Of a stretch of 64,000 nucleotides of DNA, positions 24,430 through 39,500 are shown in pieces. The stretch's first letter is position 1; each line of letters begins with the position of its first letter. Below the pieces are notes generated by a model. The model did not search any database and was not told where the DNA came from. It saw only the letters and a list, made by a program, of their open reading frames with translations. The position numbers and the translations under genes are program-made. Source of the DNA: Heptranchias perlo (taxonomy: Eukaryota); assembly GCF_035084215.1 (NCBI RefSeq), contig NC_090333.1, positions 17,360,001 to 17,424,000 of the forward strand, in the 5' to 3' direction.

Positions 24430-24555
24430 CTACGAAGCTCCATTGGCCACATTTTTATACTCTGCTCTGGATTTCATTTTTGGCTCAATCAGCTCTTCTA
24501 TTCGTGCCTGTACACTTTCCATTACGTCAAATGTGTAGATAGCCGACTGCAGAAC
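24430..24555 (-). CDS. GLMN: GLMN last coding exon
   Basis: [24 protein letters not shown]...GAS*. Confidence 0.92.
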   Translation of the reverse strand, partial: VLQSAIYTFDVMESVQARIEELIEPKMKSRAEYKNVANGAS

Positions 24556-27500
24556 CTGAAATGATGGCAGTTAACAGTGATGAAATACGGCGTAACATTA
24601 TGGTTTGATAGGAGTAAAGAACCCCACTTCAAAAGTGATGAGTATAAAAATATTCAACAAGATGCTTACTTCGAACTGCATGCCTGTAGTCATTTTTGGT
24701 AGTGTTTTACCACCAACCGTCAAGGAATACTTTGTTTCAGGGGCATCTGTAATCATTAAAATAAAATGGAATAAATTGCCTTTCACTTCCCTATACAGTA
24801 GTTTGCTTTCACAAAATCCTTCTTTTGCTAGAAAGGTGGAATGAGCCAAACTACACTTTGCTACAATTTCCAGCTTACCCTTTAATCTGTAATTGGTCAA
24901 AAAGGATGGAATTCAGTTCAATACTTAAGACAGAAGCATAGTTTTCTGTCGTACCGACTGAGCTTGCCATGTTGGGAGTGCACTTCACTGTTGCATTTTG
25001 TATTTTAGTATTGGAATGTCAAATGGGATAGCTAAGAGGTGTATGATCTCCAACCATTCAAGCTAATAAGTGGTAGACATGAGGCACATTTGTAATGACA
25101 ATACAGTTAATGTCACTGCTATTTAGGGACTGAAATAGTTGAACAACAAACCTTTGATTTTCCGGTTCTCCCTTTTGCCTCTGATCTCTGCTTCATAATG
25201 AGCCTTAGACATATTCAAACCAGTGCGCAGTGGCTTCAGGAAGTTTTCAATCCAGAAAAGATCAGTCCATATTCCAGTCTGTAAAAGGTTAAAAACTGAA
25301 TAGCTTGTTTGGCAGAATCAAAAATTTCACCCAGTTATGGAGACAGAGTTATAAATTCAATCTTTATAAAATGTTAATTCCTTTCATTTTAAATACCAGA
25401 GCCTAGAAATTCTGGTTAGCAGCTGCACTGCCGCAAGTTCAGCGAGGCAGGACTTCAACCCGTCAGTCTGCCCCGGCGATGACTTTGTCCCAAATCCCAG
25501 GGTTATTTGCATAAAAGGGGTGGGCAGCCATGTCATTTATGGCACCTCCTGGGCAATTTCCATTGGGAAATGGCACTGTGAACCCTGCTTACGGCACTTG
25601 TACAGCATCATACAGGCATACTGTACGTACAATTTTTGTTAGGTAAAGGTATCAAGATATGGAGCAAAGGCAGGTAAATGGAGTTGAGGTACAGATCAGC
25701 CATGATCTAAGTGAATGGTGGAGCAGGCTCGAGGGGCTGAATGGCCTACTCTTGTTCCTACTTTCCAATGGCCATATGCTGGGCAGAACTGACGAGATTT
25801 CTGTTGGAGACTATCATCTCACCAGACACGCCTACAACTATCGGGGGGGGGGGGGGGGGGGGGGTCAGGTGGCAGATGTTCCCACCCTTCCTCTCGGGAT
25901 TTTGGAAGGTGGCCAGAAAGTGTTGGGTATCCAGCAAAATGGGTTCAACCGCAAATTTCCTCCCCGCCTAGTTTGGGTCTCCCGTGACTATACTCACAGC
26001 AAGTCGGATGATACACTATTTTGTGTGCATTACATTATGTACCATGTATTGCACAATGTATTATTTTGCTAAAGTTCAGCTTGTCCCTTTAAAGCCATGA
26101 AGTCCAATTGTTGTTTGGTCAGGGAGCCTTGCAGATTGGAAAGCACATGTCACTTTAAGGTGCAAGTCAGAAGCACTCAGTATTAAAACAAAGTGTGAAG
26201 TCTGAAGTAAAATCATGTACAAAAATTGGATAAATACGTAAGACCTGTTTCTTTTCCAAAATACTTACTTGATTTTCCCATTCTTTATCCCTGATCACAA
26301 GGTACCTTAGAAGATTCAGTGATGCCATGATCCTAATACAAAAAAGGAAAAACAAAAACTGAAATGCTTCGCTTGTCAGTTATACAGTTTTAGAAATCTT
26401 GACCTCGGTTGGCAATCAAGGAGTTGCTTCTTTATCATCTTAAAGAACCAAAGAGATGGGCTCCTCCAATAGCTCAACAAGTTTCCAGTAAGTAGCTAAG
26501 TCATAAAAATCAGGATAGTTCCTGGTCTGATCCCTGGTATGTGACAAGTTACCTGGTCACAGTCAGAGCTATGATAGGGGCACAACAGTTGGCTTCAGCA
26601 TCCTGGATTACAAACAGAAAAAAATCAGGCCGGATCTCTGCTCCTGCTCGTTTTGTGATTCCAGATTTACTATGCATTATGAGAATAGGATTAAGCTGCG
26701 CTCTGATGCCCCCCACCAAGACGATAAAGAAAAACGCATTGACACTTCAAGGCTCAAACTTGAAGAATGGTCACTTGGGTGAGTTACAGGAGTGCCTGTG
26801 GAATACCAGCAAACAGTTAAAAACAGGGGAGAGAAGGTTAATAAAAGGAAATTGAGGAGTAAAAAGGGAATTTCTTCATATTTACCAGCCCTGCACTCAT
26901 CTTACTCTCCCTTTCTGAGGTGTCGCTGCACCATTGCCAGGTGGAGGCAAAGATGGGTAACCAAACTGCTTCCAAGTTGTGCCTGATGCAGCTGTCAACC
27001 AGGTGTTATAATAGCAGTCCTCAGTGACTCTTCCTTCTTGGAGTGAAGCACCTGGTGTACCCTCTAAGCCTGTTTCTCGTGAACAAGTTCAGAATGTCCA
27101 GAATAGGGACTTGGCATAGAAGATCATAGGTTGAGCCTGTGTTTTGGCAAAGCACACTGGTGCACTAACCAACTGCTACTGGGCTATCCGTTTATTTTGC
27201 TAAATCAAATGTATTGAAGCTTACCTGTCTGAGTTTTGAAGCATGTCTGTTTCTGCTCCTTCAGGAAGTGAAAGGACTGAATGAAGAAGAGGGATCAATT
27301 GTGGGCCCGAGAAACATCCATTTTTATTGCCAGGCTAAAAGCAAAAAAAAGTTTAAATTTACAAAGAAGCAGTCTTTTAAAAAGCGGGGGGACAAGGCAA
27401 TGATTTGGAAATCTATAGTAAGCACTGGGTTACACTTTAGTGAAACTATTCGTTGGTTAGAAAAATATGGCATACCATCTGGAGGTTAAATAGTTGGTTA

Positions 27501-30500
27501 TACAGAAGTTGTCAGTAAGCCAAAGAAATGCGAGACTGGCTTCTTTAGGTGGTCATGCAATCAACAGAAAATCGCAGAACTGACTGATTTAATTTGCAGT
27601 TACACTACTATTGTGTCACTATGAAACAAAGTGTGAGTATTGTGTCCAATTCTGGGGACCGCACTTTAGGGAGGATGTGAAGGCCTTAGAGAAGGTGCAG
27701 AAAAGATTTACTAGAATGGTACCAGGGATGAGGGACTTCAGTTTTGTGGATAGACTGGAAAAGCTGGGATTGTTCTCCTTAGAGCAGAGAAGGTTGAGAG
27801 GAGATTTGATAGTGGTGTTCAAAATGATGAAGGGTCTAGACAAAGTAAATAAAGAAAAACTGTTCCCACTGGCAGACGGGTCACGAACCAGAGGGCACAG
27901 GTTTAAGGTGATTGGCAAAAGAACCAAAGGCGACATGAGGAAAAACTTCTTTACGCAGCGAACATACAAAATAAGAGTGGGAGTAGGCCATTCGGCCCCT
28001 TGAGCCTGCTCTGCCATTTGAGAAGATCATGGCTGATCTGATTGTGACCTCAACCCTACTTTCCCGTCTACCTACTATAACCTTTGACTCCCTTGTTAAT
28101 CAGGAATCTATCTAACTCAGCCTTAAAAATATTCAATGACCCTGCTCCACCGCTCTCTGGGGAAGGGAGTTCCACAGACACACGACCCTCTGAGAGAAAA
28201 AATTTCTTCTCATCTCCGTCTTAAATGGGAGACCCCTTATTTTTAATCTGTGGCCCCTAGTTCTAGTCTCTCCCACAGATGGAAACATCCCCTCAGCATC
28301 TACCCCTTCTAGTCCCCAGAGTGGTTAGGATCTGGAATGCACTGCCTGAAAGGGTGGCAGAAGCAGGGTCAATTGTGGCTTTCAAAAAGGAATTAGATAG
28401 GTACCTGAAGGAGAAAAATTTGCAGGGCTATGGGGAAAGAGCGGGGGAGTCGGACTAGCTGGATTGCTCTTGCAGAGAGCCGGTGCAGGCTCAATGGGTC
28501 AAATGGCCTCCTTCTGTGCTGTAACCACTCTATGATTCTTTGTATGAAGGCTAAATGTAAGTGCACACTCCATAATGATAGAAGACTTTGATTATCTCAA
28601 TAAAAACATAATAAAGTTAAGAACTGTACTTAAAATTCATTTCAAATTTGACTAAATGTAATTTTTTTCAAATCAACAATTTAGCAAAAAAGAGTTGTTT
28701 TTTAGATAAATCGCACAATTAGATTCACAATACACTGAGTTCTCTGAAGAATAATTCCTTTGCTTGTACTTCATAAATTAGGAGTGGCAAATGTTTCAGA
28801 ATAACTGACCCAAAAGGTAGCCATGGCTATTGCTAGTGACATCTATAAAAGCATGCCAGCACTGTCCAATCATTTAAAACACATGCAGGTATATGCCTAT
28901 ACATACACAGGAAAACTTAACAATTCTATGCTTAGTAACATGCTTACCTTCAATGCTAGATCAATCTGATTTTTAATATTTTGTATAATGTAACCTTGTA
29001 CCCCAGCATGATGGCTTGTCTTTAAGAGACACCTAAAAAAAAATATAAACAGTATAAAATATAAAAACAGTGAAATTGTTCCAGTCACATGAAGCTAACT
29101 TGCCTCATTTATTTCTTCCCCTACTTGCACATGTTGTGGAATAGCTTTAAAAACGACCCACTGTTGTTGTTCTGTTAAAACACTGAGACTATAGCAAAGT
29201 TAACAAAGTTACCATAAACAGATGTAACATGTTAGTATAACCTCAGAGTTCAAAAGATTCCGTACCATATCAATGAGCCTTAAACAGAATTAGTGTAAAT
29301 CCCTTAGTCTACTATTATAGTTCAATAACTTTGAGATTGTTGAACTGTACAGCGTAAAACGCAGCAGGCAAGACTCGAGTTACACAAAAGGCTGTGTCTG
29401 CTATGAATTACATTCCGCTTGCCCTGAAGCTATTTTTAATGTTAAGACAGAGTGGGGAGCAGAATTCACTTTCTTGTAACAGTAAATATTCTACATTGAG
29501 CTTGTAAAGCATCCAGAAGGATCCAGTATCCTAAACCAAGCCTTACATCACACCGAAGACACCACAGAGAGGCTGTCCTCCAGGAGGGTGTTTTACACTT
29601 CTTGGCTTTAGTGTGTTCCAGTGTCAGATTAGCATTTGACACTGGCATTATGGTCATCTTCACATCAATCCATGCCTGAAATTGTTTTGCATCAATATGA
29701 AAGTTGCAGCCTTAGTATAATTACTGGTCATCTTGATCAAACTCCTGAAATTGTGAATTCCTCTTTTTGTGCAACTTTTAAGTGTGGTCTATTTGTGATG
29801 GAAAAAGACACTTTATTCTCTTGTTTAAATTCTATTTGTTAGCACAATGTTTTAGGATTGTTTAAAAATTGAACTGTTCTAGTACAATTTTGTACAAAAA
29901 TAATTTTGGATTGCAAAAGAAAATCTTAAAGAAACAGTACTTTAAAAAAGGAAAAAGCCCATTGAATGTTACTGAATAACTTAGTGATTTTAAAATACAT
30001 GTAGAATATAATTTGACAAAAATATTTACATTAAAATATTGCTACGAATTAAGATAAAAAAATTTCAAAATATATTTTATTTCATAGAATTTAAAGATAC
30101 ACACAGTTCAATGTAAATATCACAATTCAAACCGAAAACACTACAGATCGCACACAAAGCGATTTCATTATTACAATTCAAACACAGTATTTCTTATGAC
30201 TCATGGTGTACAATACAAGGTGGAGTGGCCTTTCTCCATAGAGCTTTGCGTAGGTCGCACCTCGCCTCATTGCGTCCCGCAGCACGTACTCCTGGACCTT
30301 GCAGTATGCCAGTCAGCAATACTCGGTCACGGACAACTCCTACAGCTGGAAGACCAGCAGGTTTCGAGCGGACCAAAGGGCCTCTTTCACCGAGTTGATG
30401 GTCTTCCAGGCGCAGGTGATATCTGTTTCAGTGTGCGTCCCAGGGAACAGCCCGTAGAGCACAGCCTGTGTTACCAAACTGTTTGGGATGAACCAGGACA

Positions 30501-33500
30501 GATACCAACACATCTCTCTCCACACCCTCTGCGCAAAAGGGCAGCCCATCAGGGGGTGGACGACGGTTTCCTCCCTGCCACAGCCTCATGGGCAGCTCGC
30601 AGTGGTGCTGAGGTCCCGTGCGTGTTGGAAGGACCGCACTGGAAGGGCCTTTCTCATCACCATCCAGGCTACATCCTGTTGGTCAGTTCCGGCGACGAGA
30701 CGTTCTGCCAAATGGCATCGACCGTCAGGTCAGGGAAGAAACCGATAGAGTCCACCCTCTCCGATCGTTGCAGGACTCAGAACGTTTCATGTCGACTAGT
30801 GTCTGACGGCTCGAGGTCGAAGGGGTTCCTCCTCAGGAACTTCTCCACCTGGGACAGGAGGGGTGGGAGGGGTGGGGGGGCAGTCCAGCTGGACAGGACA
30901 TCCTGCGCCTGCTCGGCCAGACCCAGCCTTCTCAGTGTGTTGGACTGGTAGAAATGCAGCATGTAGTGACACTTGGTGTTTGCGTACTGGGGCTGCTCTA
31001 CACACATCCTGATGCAGCCACACACAAAGGTGGCCGTCAGGATCAGAGCGGCATTGGGGACGCTCTTCCCCCCCCCTTTGTCTGGGGGCTTGTACATGGT
31101 GGCCCTGTGGACAAGTTCTACCTTGGACTTCCAGACAAAGTGGAAGATAGCTCAGGTGACTGTGACGGCTGAGTTGTGGGGAATGGGCCAGACACTGGCC
31201 ACGTAGAGCAACACCGCGAGTACCTCACACCTTATCACCAGGTTCCTGCCGGTTACGGAGAGGGATCGCCCCAACCACATCCCAAGCTGCTGTTTGGCCT
31301 TGGCGATCCGCTCCTCCCAGTTCTTTGTGCAGGCCAGGGGCCCCCCAAACCAGATCTCTAGCACCCTCAGGTAGTCGGACCTGATGGTGAAGGGAATAAG
31401 GGACCGGGTCCCCCAACTGCCAAAGAACATGGCCTCGCTTTTACTTCAGTTCACTCTGGCCCGAGGCCAGCTCGAAACGATCGCAGATACCCATCAGTGT
31501 GTGGACCGACTGCTGATTGGAGCAGAAGATGGTGACGTCGTCCACGTACAGGGAGGCCTTAACCTGAGAGCCTCCGCTGCCTGGGATCATCACCCTCGAT
31601 ACCTGCGTCCTTCCTGATGGACACAGCAAATGGCTCGATACAACATACGAACAAGATTGCAGGGAGGACAGCCCTGCCTGACTCCAGATCTGATCGGAAA
31701 GCTGTCTGACTCCCACCCGTTGATTGGGACTGCGCTACGGATATCCGCATAGAGCAGTTGGATCCAATCGCGGATTCCCTCCCCAAAACCCATTTTGGAG
31801 AGTATGTCCATCATGTATGTGTGGGATATTCTGTCAAAGGCCTTCTCCTGGTCCAGGCTGATGAGGAAGGTGTTCACCCCTCTGTCCTGCACATAGGCGA
31901 TCGTATCCCTGAGCAGCATAAGGCTATCAGAGATCTTCCTACCAGGTACAGTACAGGTCTGATCCGGGTGGATCACCTGCTCCAGAGCAGACATGAGCCT
32001 GTTGGCGATGGCCTTAGACAGAATCTTGTAGTTGACATTTAGCAAGGAAATGGGTCGCCAATTTCTGATTTCTTCCCTCTCCCCCTTCCGCTTGTAGATG
32101 AGGGTGATGATGCCTTTCCTCATGGACTCTGACAAGCTGCCTGCCAGAGGCATACCCCCGGTACACTTCCAACAGGTCTGGGCCTATCCAGTCCCACGGG
32201 GCCGAGTACAACTTGACAAAAGGAGAAATACCTCCATTGACAGGACTTCCAATAAGACAATCAATATTCAAGTCAAGTGTCTATGGGATCACTATTAGGT
32301 CAATATGTATGCAGAGCAAGCAACAATCTAAAACCCTCTGACCCATTCCATTAGCATTATCAACTAGATTACATAATTAAATCCAAAGAGAAACTGTAAT
32401 TGTAAAGCAGTAACAGCGCACAGCAACAGTTACACTAAGCTTTATTTAAATAACTCAAAAAAGACCATAATTGTATATATTGCAAAAAAACGGATCCATA
32501 GTTTGTTACAAAATAGAACACAATTTCAGGGCTCAGATGACTGCATAGAAAATGTATGGTTTAGCTCAGTAACTGAACACCAAGACAGTGACTTAAAGTC
32601 CTTCTGCTTTCTGTAACTGGCAGAACTTACAAAGTATTTTAGTACTGCGCTGTAAAGTACCAAAAGCTGCTGGGTTCAAACCACACCAGAATTTCAGCAC
32701 ATAATTCAGGTTAACATTTTTTAAAGGATGTTATATGAATGGAAGTTTGTAATTTCTTTCTTATCAAAATAGCTTTTTACCACTTAAAAAGTATGCTGCA
32801 AAATACAGTAATAGTTATGCAGTGTTATTAATCTAATAAAGCTAAAAAGCCGTTATAGCTCTTGTGTTCTCTGCAATGGATATTGATAATACCTTGAATA
32901 TTTTTATATTTGATAAAGGGTATATTAAGTTGAATTTACTGTTATTTTTATTCCAATTAGACATGTCTGCCTGGCTTATAAGCAGTTTTTTGCATGTCCT
33001 AACTTATTGTACATAAACAGGTTCCACTTAACATTTTAATATCTATTCAGAAAAACTAGCAGAAGTCAAAATCTTTAAAATTAATACCTTATAAAATAAA
33101 TGCCTTCTAGACATTACTCACCTAAATAATTTGTGTTTTGCTTCTGGATCAAACTTGTCAATGTACTGCTGAAATATCTTTAGGCTCCATTTCCGCTAAA
33201 ACAGTGAAAAGACAATTAAATCTAATAAAGCATTCCATGTTCTTTAGATAGAAGTCATTTCATATAATTGCATTAATACATACCAAATGCTCAATAGGAC
33301 AGAGAGTCATCACCTTCACTAAATCCTAGAGTCAGAAATTTGAGAAATAACCCATTAAAATGGTAGCCAGAAGTACACATTATAATCTAAGTTATAATTG
33401 CTAGGTTTTTTTAATGTTGCTGTAAATTAAAGCATGGGCCACATATACATTTGCTTTATGCTTGAGTTGTGGATTACCTGTGGAATGCTGAGAATGTTCT

Positions 33501-36500
33501 TGATTTCCAAATACTTATGGGAAAGACTATTATCTTCAACTGTTAATAAACAATGTTCATACAATTCCTGAAAAAGAAAGTAGATATGCATTAAAGTGTG
33601 GAAGATCAGTCATCAACAAATATTTAAAGTGAATTAAAATAAAATATTATCTGTCACACTAGAAAATATTTATGCTTTTGACTGTTAGACAAATATATTT
33701 GATAGGTGCAATGTAGAAGTTAACTGTAACAAGCTTTGGAGATTCAGCATAAGTTTCAAACAGGCACTTTAGGTTTGCTGGTCAGTAAACAAATATACCT
33801 ACCAGTCCTTTAGACAAAATGGACTCTTCTGTCCTGCCATTAGAATAAACAAAGTTATTTTATGCAGTCGGAAAGAAACAACAAGTTTTATAATTATAAA
33901 CTGGGAGTTTCAATCATCGTAAAATTACATTAAAATGTTCACAATCTTTTAAAACCTGTAAACTATTAATATTTAAGTTACTATTCTTGAAAGTTGAAAT
34001 ATTCATGAAAATAAAAGTTGTTAGCAAAGTAACTCAACTTTAATGTTATTCTGTCATTTCTTTATTACAAATTCAAAGCACAGCAAGTGAAAATATATTT
34101 CCCAGCTTCCCTAATGGCTGTACGGATCAGGAAGGTCACAGTTTCAATCTCTGCTCTGTAACGAGTTTGCTGATTTCAGCCTGCTTGCGGGGTAGGGTAA
34201 TAAAATCAGCTAAGAAATTCCGTTGCCAATCACTATCCAATAACTTCTGATGGAAGTGTGCAGGTGGGGACATCAGGGGCAGACACAGAATTGGGTTCAT
34301 CCGTAATTTCTTCCCCTGTCCCATACTCCAAGATCCTGTTGACACTCACTGTCTAGGCTTACGAGAGTGGCCAACAGTGTGGTCCAGTCCCACAGCAGTT
34401 TCAATGTCTTCAAGACAGGAGAAGGGGAGAAACCTACTAGAAAAAAAGGGGATGTATATCTCCTTTGATTTGGGCTATTACATTAAAACCCGTGTGAAAA
34501 TCAAGCTTTCAAATTACATAATTATCAGTACAATGATTTTCCAGATGTATTAGTGCATTTACTTAACTCACCTTCTTATTAGTGCAGCTATATATTCCAC
34601 ATTGAATTGAAGGAAGTACCCAGGGCTGCAAAGCATAGTTTTCATTTTTTTAAAATTACATTACAAACAAGAAACATATAGGTACATTAAAACTGATTTT
34701 TTAAATGTGATTCTGTGCAGATTATGATACCTAGAAATAACCAAATATAAATTGTTCCTTTTCTGTATCACATTAGATTTGCTTTAAAAAATTGAAGTCA
34801 AAATTGTGAATAAACTATATATGATCTTGTGTTTATAATCTGTATTGGTGCGATTGGAATACTGTTTACCTCTAATCTTGTTGATTGGTGTCATATGACA
34901 CCACAGACCAATTAGATCCTCACACAAAAAAATAGAAGTATGCTTTTTATTTTATTTTGTACATTTATGGTTTTGCTTCCTTCTACACTGCCATGGCTTT
35001 TGCTGTCATGGCCAGCATCCCAGCTATTGGCCCTTAGTTGACAAACACGTCTTCCTATTCAGAGGATTGCCATGGCTTCCAGTGTAGCAACCAACCTCTC
35101 CCCCTATCACTTTCCAGCCCCATGCTCTCTTTCCCATTGTGTGTCCACACTTACAATGAGCAATGCCACAGGACATCAATTAATGATACACAACCTTCTT
35201 CTTGTAAACTGTACCTCTCAGTTGCCCTGTGGTACCTCCCCAAAGTTTAACATTATTCATGTATAAGTCTTGAAAACAAATATTAGCAGACCTAGAGCAC
35301 CACTATTGCCCTGGCTGAGATCAACTAACTCAGCATAGAACAGGGTACAAACCGCCTCGAAAGCTCAGATGCTCAGTGGATAAACTCGCTGAGCCACTGG
35401 GGAGATTACTTTGGCAATAGTAATTGCACAACTGTTTATGGAAAACAGTCAAACTCTGTGATTATTAGCAAGCAAACATTACCTTACTGCCTTATAACAT
35501 CTGTCTTAAACTGCCACTTATTTTTCAATGTTCTATTGTAGTGAATACAGTAGCCACTCTGACATTTATCCGATTCTGTTTTTGGAAGTTATTCTCCCCA
35601 CTTAATCACCTTGCATCAGTGAAGTTTCATTTTGGCACTAGAAAGAACACCTAAAAAAAAACTGGCCATTTAAAAAAAGTATTCAAGATAGAACGGGTGT
35701 GAAATCAAATCTTATAAGACCTTGTATTGTAAAACACCATTAATGTAACAAAATATCCTTTGGTGCCTCATATGGTTAAGAGAAGAATTAAGTTGACCAA
35801 ATAAATGGTTGGGAAAAAATAGGTTTTGAGGAAGTTTTTAAAAGCGAGGAGAGAAGTTCCAAGGTGAAGGTATTTGGAGGGGTGGGGAGTGGGGGGGGCA
35901 GGGGGGGAAGGTTGTATTCCAGAGAGAGTAGCTAAAGGCTGCCACCAAGTAAGGAGGACCTAGCGAACAATAGTTACAAAGACTCTGAAATTACAACATG
36001 TTTCATTAAATCCCCAGAATATAGTGGAAAATAATGGACCGTCATCTTTACGCACCTGTATACAGCTGGAAATTGATCAATACCAATATGCTGAACAAAT
36101 AAAAGATATGCCAGGCTTGCCAGTGAATTTGTTGGGTATTTTATATCTTCTTCCAAAGGGTCAATCTCCCGCAGTTTCTTTCTGGACTGTAGCAACTGAT
36201 GAACCATCAACACAGGAAGCGACTCACCAATTGCTAACAGGAAAACCTACAGAGGAGGATGGCACTTATTTAAGTGTACGTAACCTTTTTCTCTGCCAAA
36301 TTGCTAAAGGCATGTATGGATTAGATGTATTCAAATATTTGGTCTGGGACCCTTGTTTAGAAAACAAATTCCTCTACATAACTGTGCAGTCAAATATGAA
36401 TGTTGTGTTATATATGACAGGTTTTTGTAAAAATGTGCCTCAGCACATAAATACAAAGGTCTACTCCATTTACCCTGGAGGTTTAAAAAATAAATACTTT

Positions 36501-39500
36501 TACTGACGCTTTTTCTGAGTAGAAAAGATACAGATTTTATTTACATGTATAGGTAACCGATGGACTACTGGTAGCTCTAAAAAATTCCAAGTTCCCTGGG
36601 CCATCAAGTTTTCTTTTATTTTACATTTTAGGGTATATAATTATACCCTATTTTAACTTTTTCTAATTTTTTTTCATTTTTCCTGAATATTTAAACATTA
36701 AACCTATGTTTCCCCATGTGCTGCACTCTGGAAATAGAAGTTACATAGTCAATAAATGACCCATAACTAGCTGTAGATCAACTCCAAAAGCTTTTTTTTT
36801 GTCAATTAAGGCTCATGGCATTGTAGACCTGATCATGTCATTGATGAAAGCAGGTCAGTGTTCACACATCTTTTTGATTGTGGCATCAGCGCTTGGTTAT
36901 AGACAGTCCAGGGAAGCAGGAGTCGTCAAAATGTGTTATCCCATCAGTTGAATCTTAGGAGTTAAAAAGGAGTATGTTTCTACCCTCACCCTTTCTAGAA
37001 CAGCTAAGTTTCCACAACATTCTTCCTCTCCTCCAAACCTCCCCAAGACTGGGGAATTGCTGTGTGGGGACTAGTGGGCACCCCAAAACATTATACTTTT
37101 TTTTTAAGATTTTGAAATCTTGCTGCAACCCACACAAGGTGCACATGAATCCAACTGATTGTGAAATGCAAAGATCTTCACACTGCAATTTATTTTCACA
37201 GTTGTAGTTAAATAGAGGAATTAAGTCATTTTTATTTATGCAATTAGATGCAATATTTAACCCATAATAATGATGCAAGATAAAAAAAATGAAGTTGGAC
37301 AAGTACTATTTTAGTTCACATCAGTTTTTAAAAAATAAATGTCATAAGTTGTTTAATTACATAGAATGTACAGCATAGAAATAGGCCATTCGGTCCAACT
37401 GGTCCATGCTGGTGTTTATGCTCCACACAAGCCTCCTCCAAATTAATTTGGAGTTAATTTATTTGGAATGTAGAAACTCAGTGTTCATCAGCACAATCAA
37501 AGCAACAGTCAGAGAGTAAACCACCCTAGTAGATAAGATGGTGTGGACAGATCAAGCTTACCAGAATTTCAGCAGCAAAAGTTCTCAATGAATTTTCCTC
37601 AATCTCTTCAGGTAATGGATGTAACTGTGCTGTCAGCAGTGGGTATTCCAAACTTTTCATACAGCTACAGCAATTTTAAAAATACTAATTAGACTGCGCC
37701 GCACATTAATTTACCTGACAAAAACTCTTAAAGTGTGTAGATCACCTAACTGAAAATTAAGTACCTACAATTTCAGTAGTTCCTCCTTTAGCTCATTATA
37801 GGAAGAGTTTCTCTTGGATTCTGTTGTTTGACTCACTTCATCCACAAATGGTTTGACAAAAGAGGTAACAGCCATACAACATTTGCAAAGCTCATGTACA
37901 TCCTGTTTGCGTTGTTCATTTGTAAAAGGTACAGGTAGCTGGGAGATTTGGCTTAGAATTGTTGCAAGAGACAGTCCCACGGAATATGCCTTTTTATGTT
38001 TCATTTTTAACAGCACTAGGAAAATAAGTTTTATCAAGTCAAACCTCTGGCTACTGGTAATGCTGGTAGTTAAAGATGCAATTTATCACATGAAAACCAA
38101 AATAAGATCCTAACTACTGTAAAATACCATTATTGCAGAATACTAAAACATATTAAAAAAAAGTCACTTTTTTTTAAAAACGGACTTAACAAAAATTAGT
38201 CAGGGCAAATTCTGCCTAAGCAATTTATTTAATAAAACTAAGTTGGTCTTCTAAGAAATAGATTCAGTTGACTTGGTATTTTCCTAATATTGCAAGTACC
38301 ACCAGTTTGGAATCAGGTCTGGTGTAGCTATTATCACATTGTGTATTTCATGAGAATCACAGCAATATTTTTAAAATAAAAATACAGATTTCTAAAGCTT
38401 CTGAAACAAAAGATTAATTATGTTTCTGCAAAGCATTCTAGTAATTTGTTTCTTTAAAAACAGCACAATTAAAGTATGCATCTCTTTTAATATCTGCTAA
38501 TGTGATAGATATTTGAATCTACACAATCTTAACATATATTGAGATAAACCAAGTAATAGCCTTCTATAAAGTAAACTTATATTGATTTGTAACTTCAAAT
38601 TACCTGTCTGAAGTGGCTGCAGGAGCAATAAGATAGTTTTAGATATGTTATTTCCAAAAGCCTCCTCAACCTGTTCAAGTAAACCCACCAGAAGTTCCTT
38701 TGGGTTGCTTATCTACAAGGAAGAAACAAAAAGTAGAACCATTACCACAACATTGTGAAGCAAATTTCTATCATTTTGTGACAAGCTAATGTTTATGCGG
38801 CTTTTATTTATTTGAATATCTATCCGTAATATGTTACATTTGCTATGTTTGGTCACACGCTCTTTGTTCGAGCATCATCATTCAATCATGGCTCTAGGTT
38901 GAATCTCAATAGGATTTTCATATTAGAAAGCTGCCTGTCACAGAGTCAGCTGTACACTTCTACAGCTAGATAGAGCGTCATAAGCTCCAGAGGCTGCAGA
39001 TCCCCATAACCTCACCTACAGCATCACTAATGCACTCCGAGGGAAATTCACTTTATCCTGACTTCCTGTGGGAAAGCCGCGGGAGATCCAGTAGTATATT
39101 TATAAATCTAAGGAAAAGGTAAAGTTTATTTAAGCAGTTTGGCTCAGCTGGTCAGACTAAGGGAGAATACGAGAAGGTCTAAGATAGGCTTACAATGCAC
39201 GTGTGTAAACGCACGAAGCGTGGTAAATAAGGTTGATGAGCTGCAGGCGCAAATAGCCACATGGGAATATGATGTAGTGGCAATAACTGAGACCTGGCTC
39301 AAAAAAGGGCAGGATTGGGTACTAAATATCCCTGGATACAAGGTGTTCAGGAAAGAAAGGAGGGGGTGTGGCAGTATTGATTAAGGAGAATATTACAGTG
39401 CTGGAGAGAGAATGCCCTTGAGGGGGTCAAGGGCAGAATCTATTTGGTTAGAGTTAAGAAACAATAGAGATGCCATTACACTACTGGGTGTATTTTATAG

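Noticed and set aside
25843-25864. 22-nt poly-G run as a functional G-quadruplex
   Set aside because: Intronic homopolymer of unreliable length with no supporting context.
30196-30951. 251-aa plus-strand ORF
   Set aside because: Antisense shadow of the GC-rich Tx1/L1 LINE coding region.
36024-36506. 160-aa plus-strand ORF
   Set aside because: Antisense to GLMN exon 7 and its intron; no recognisable domain.
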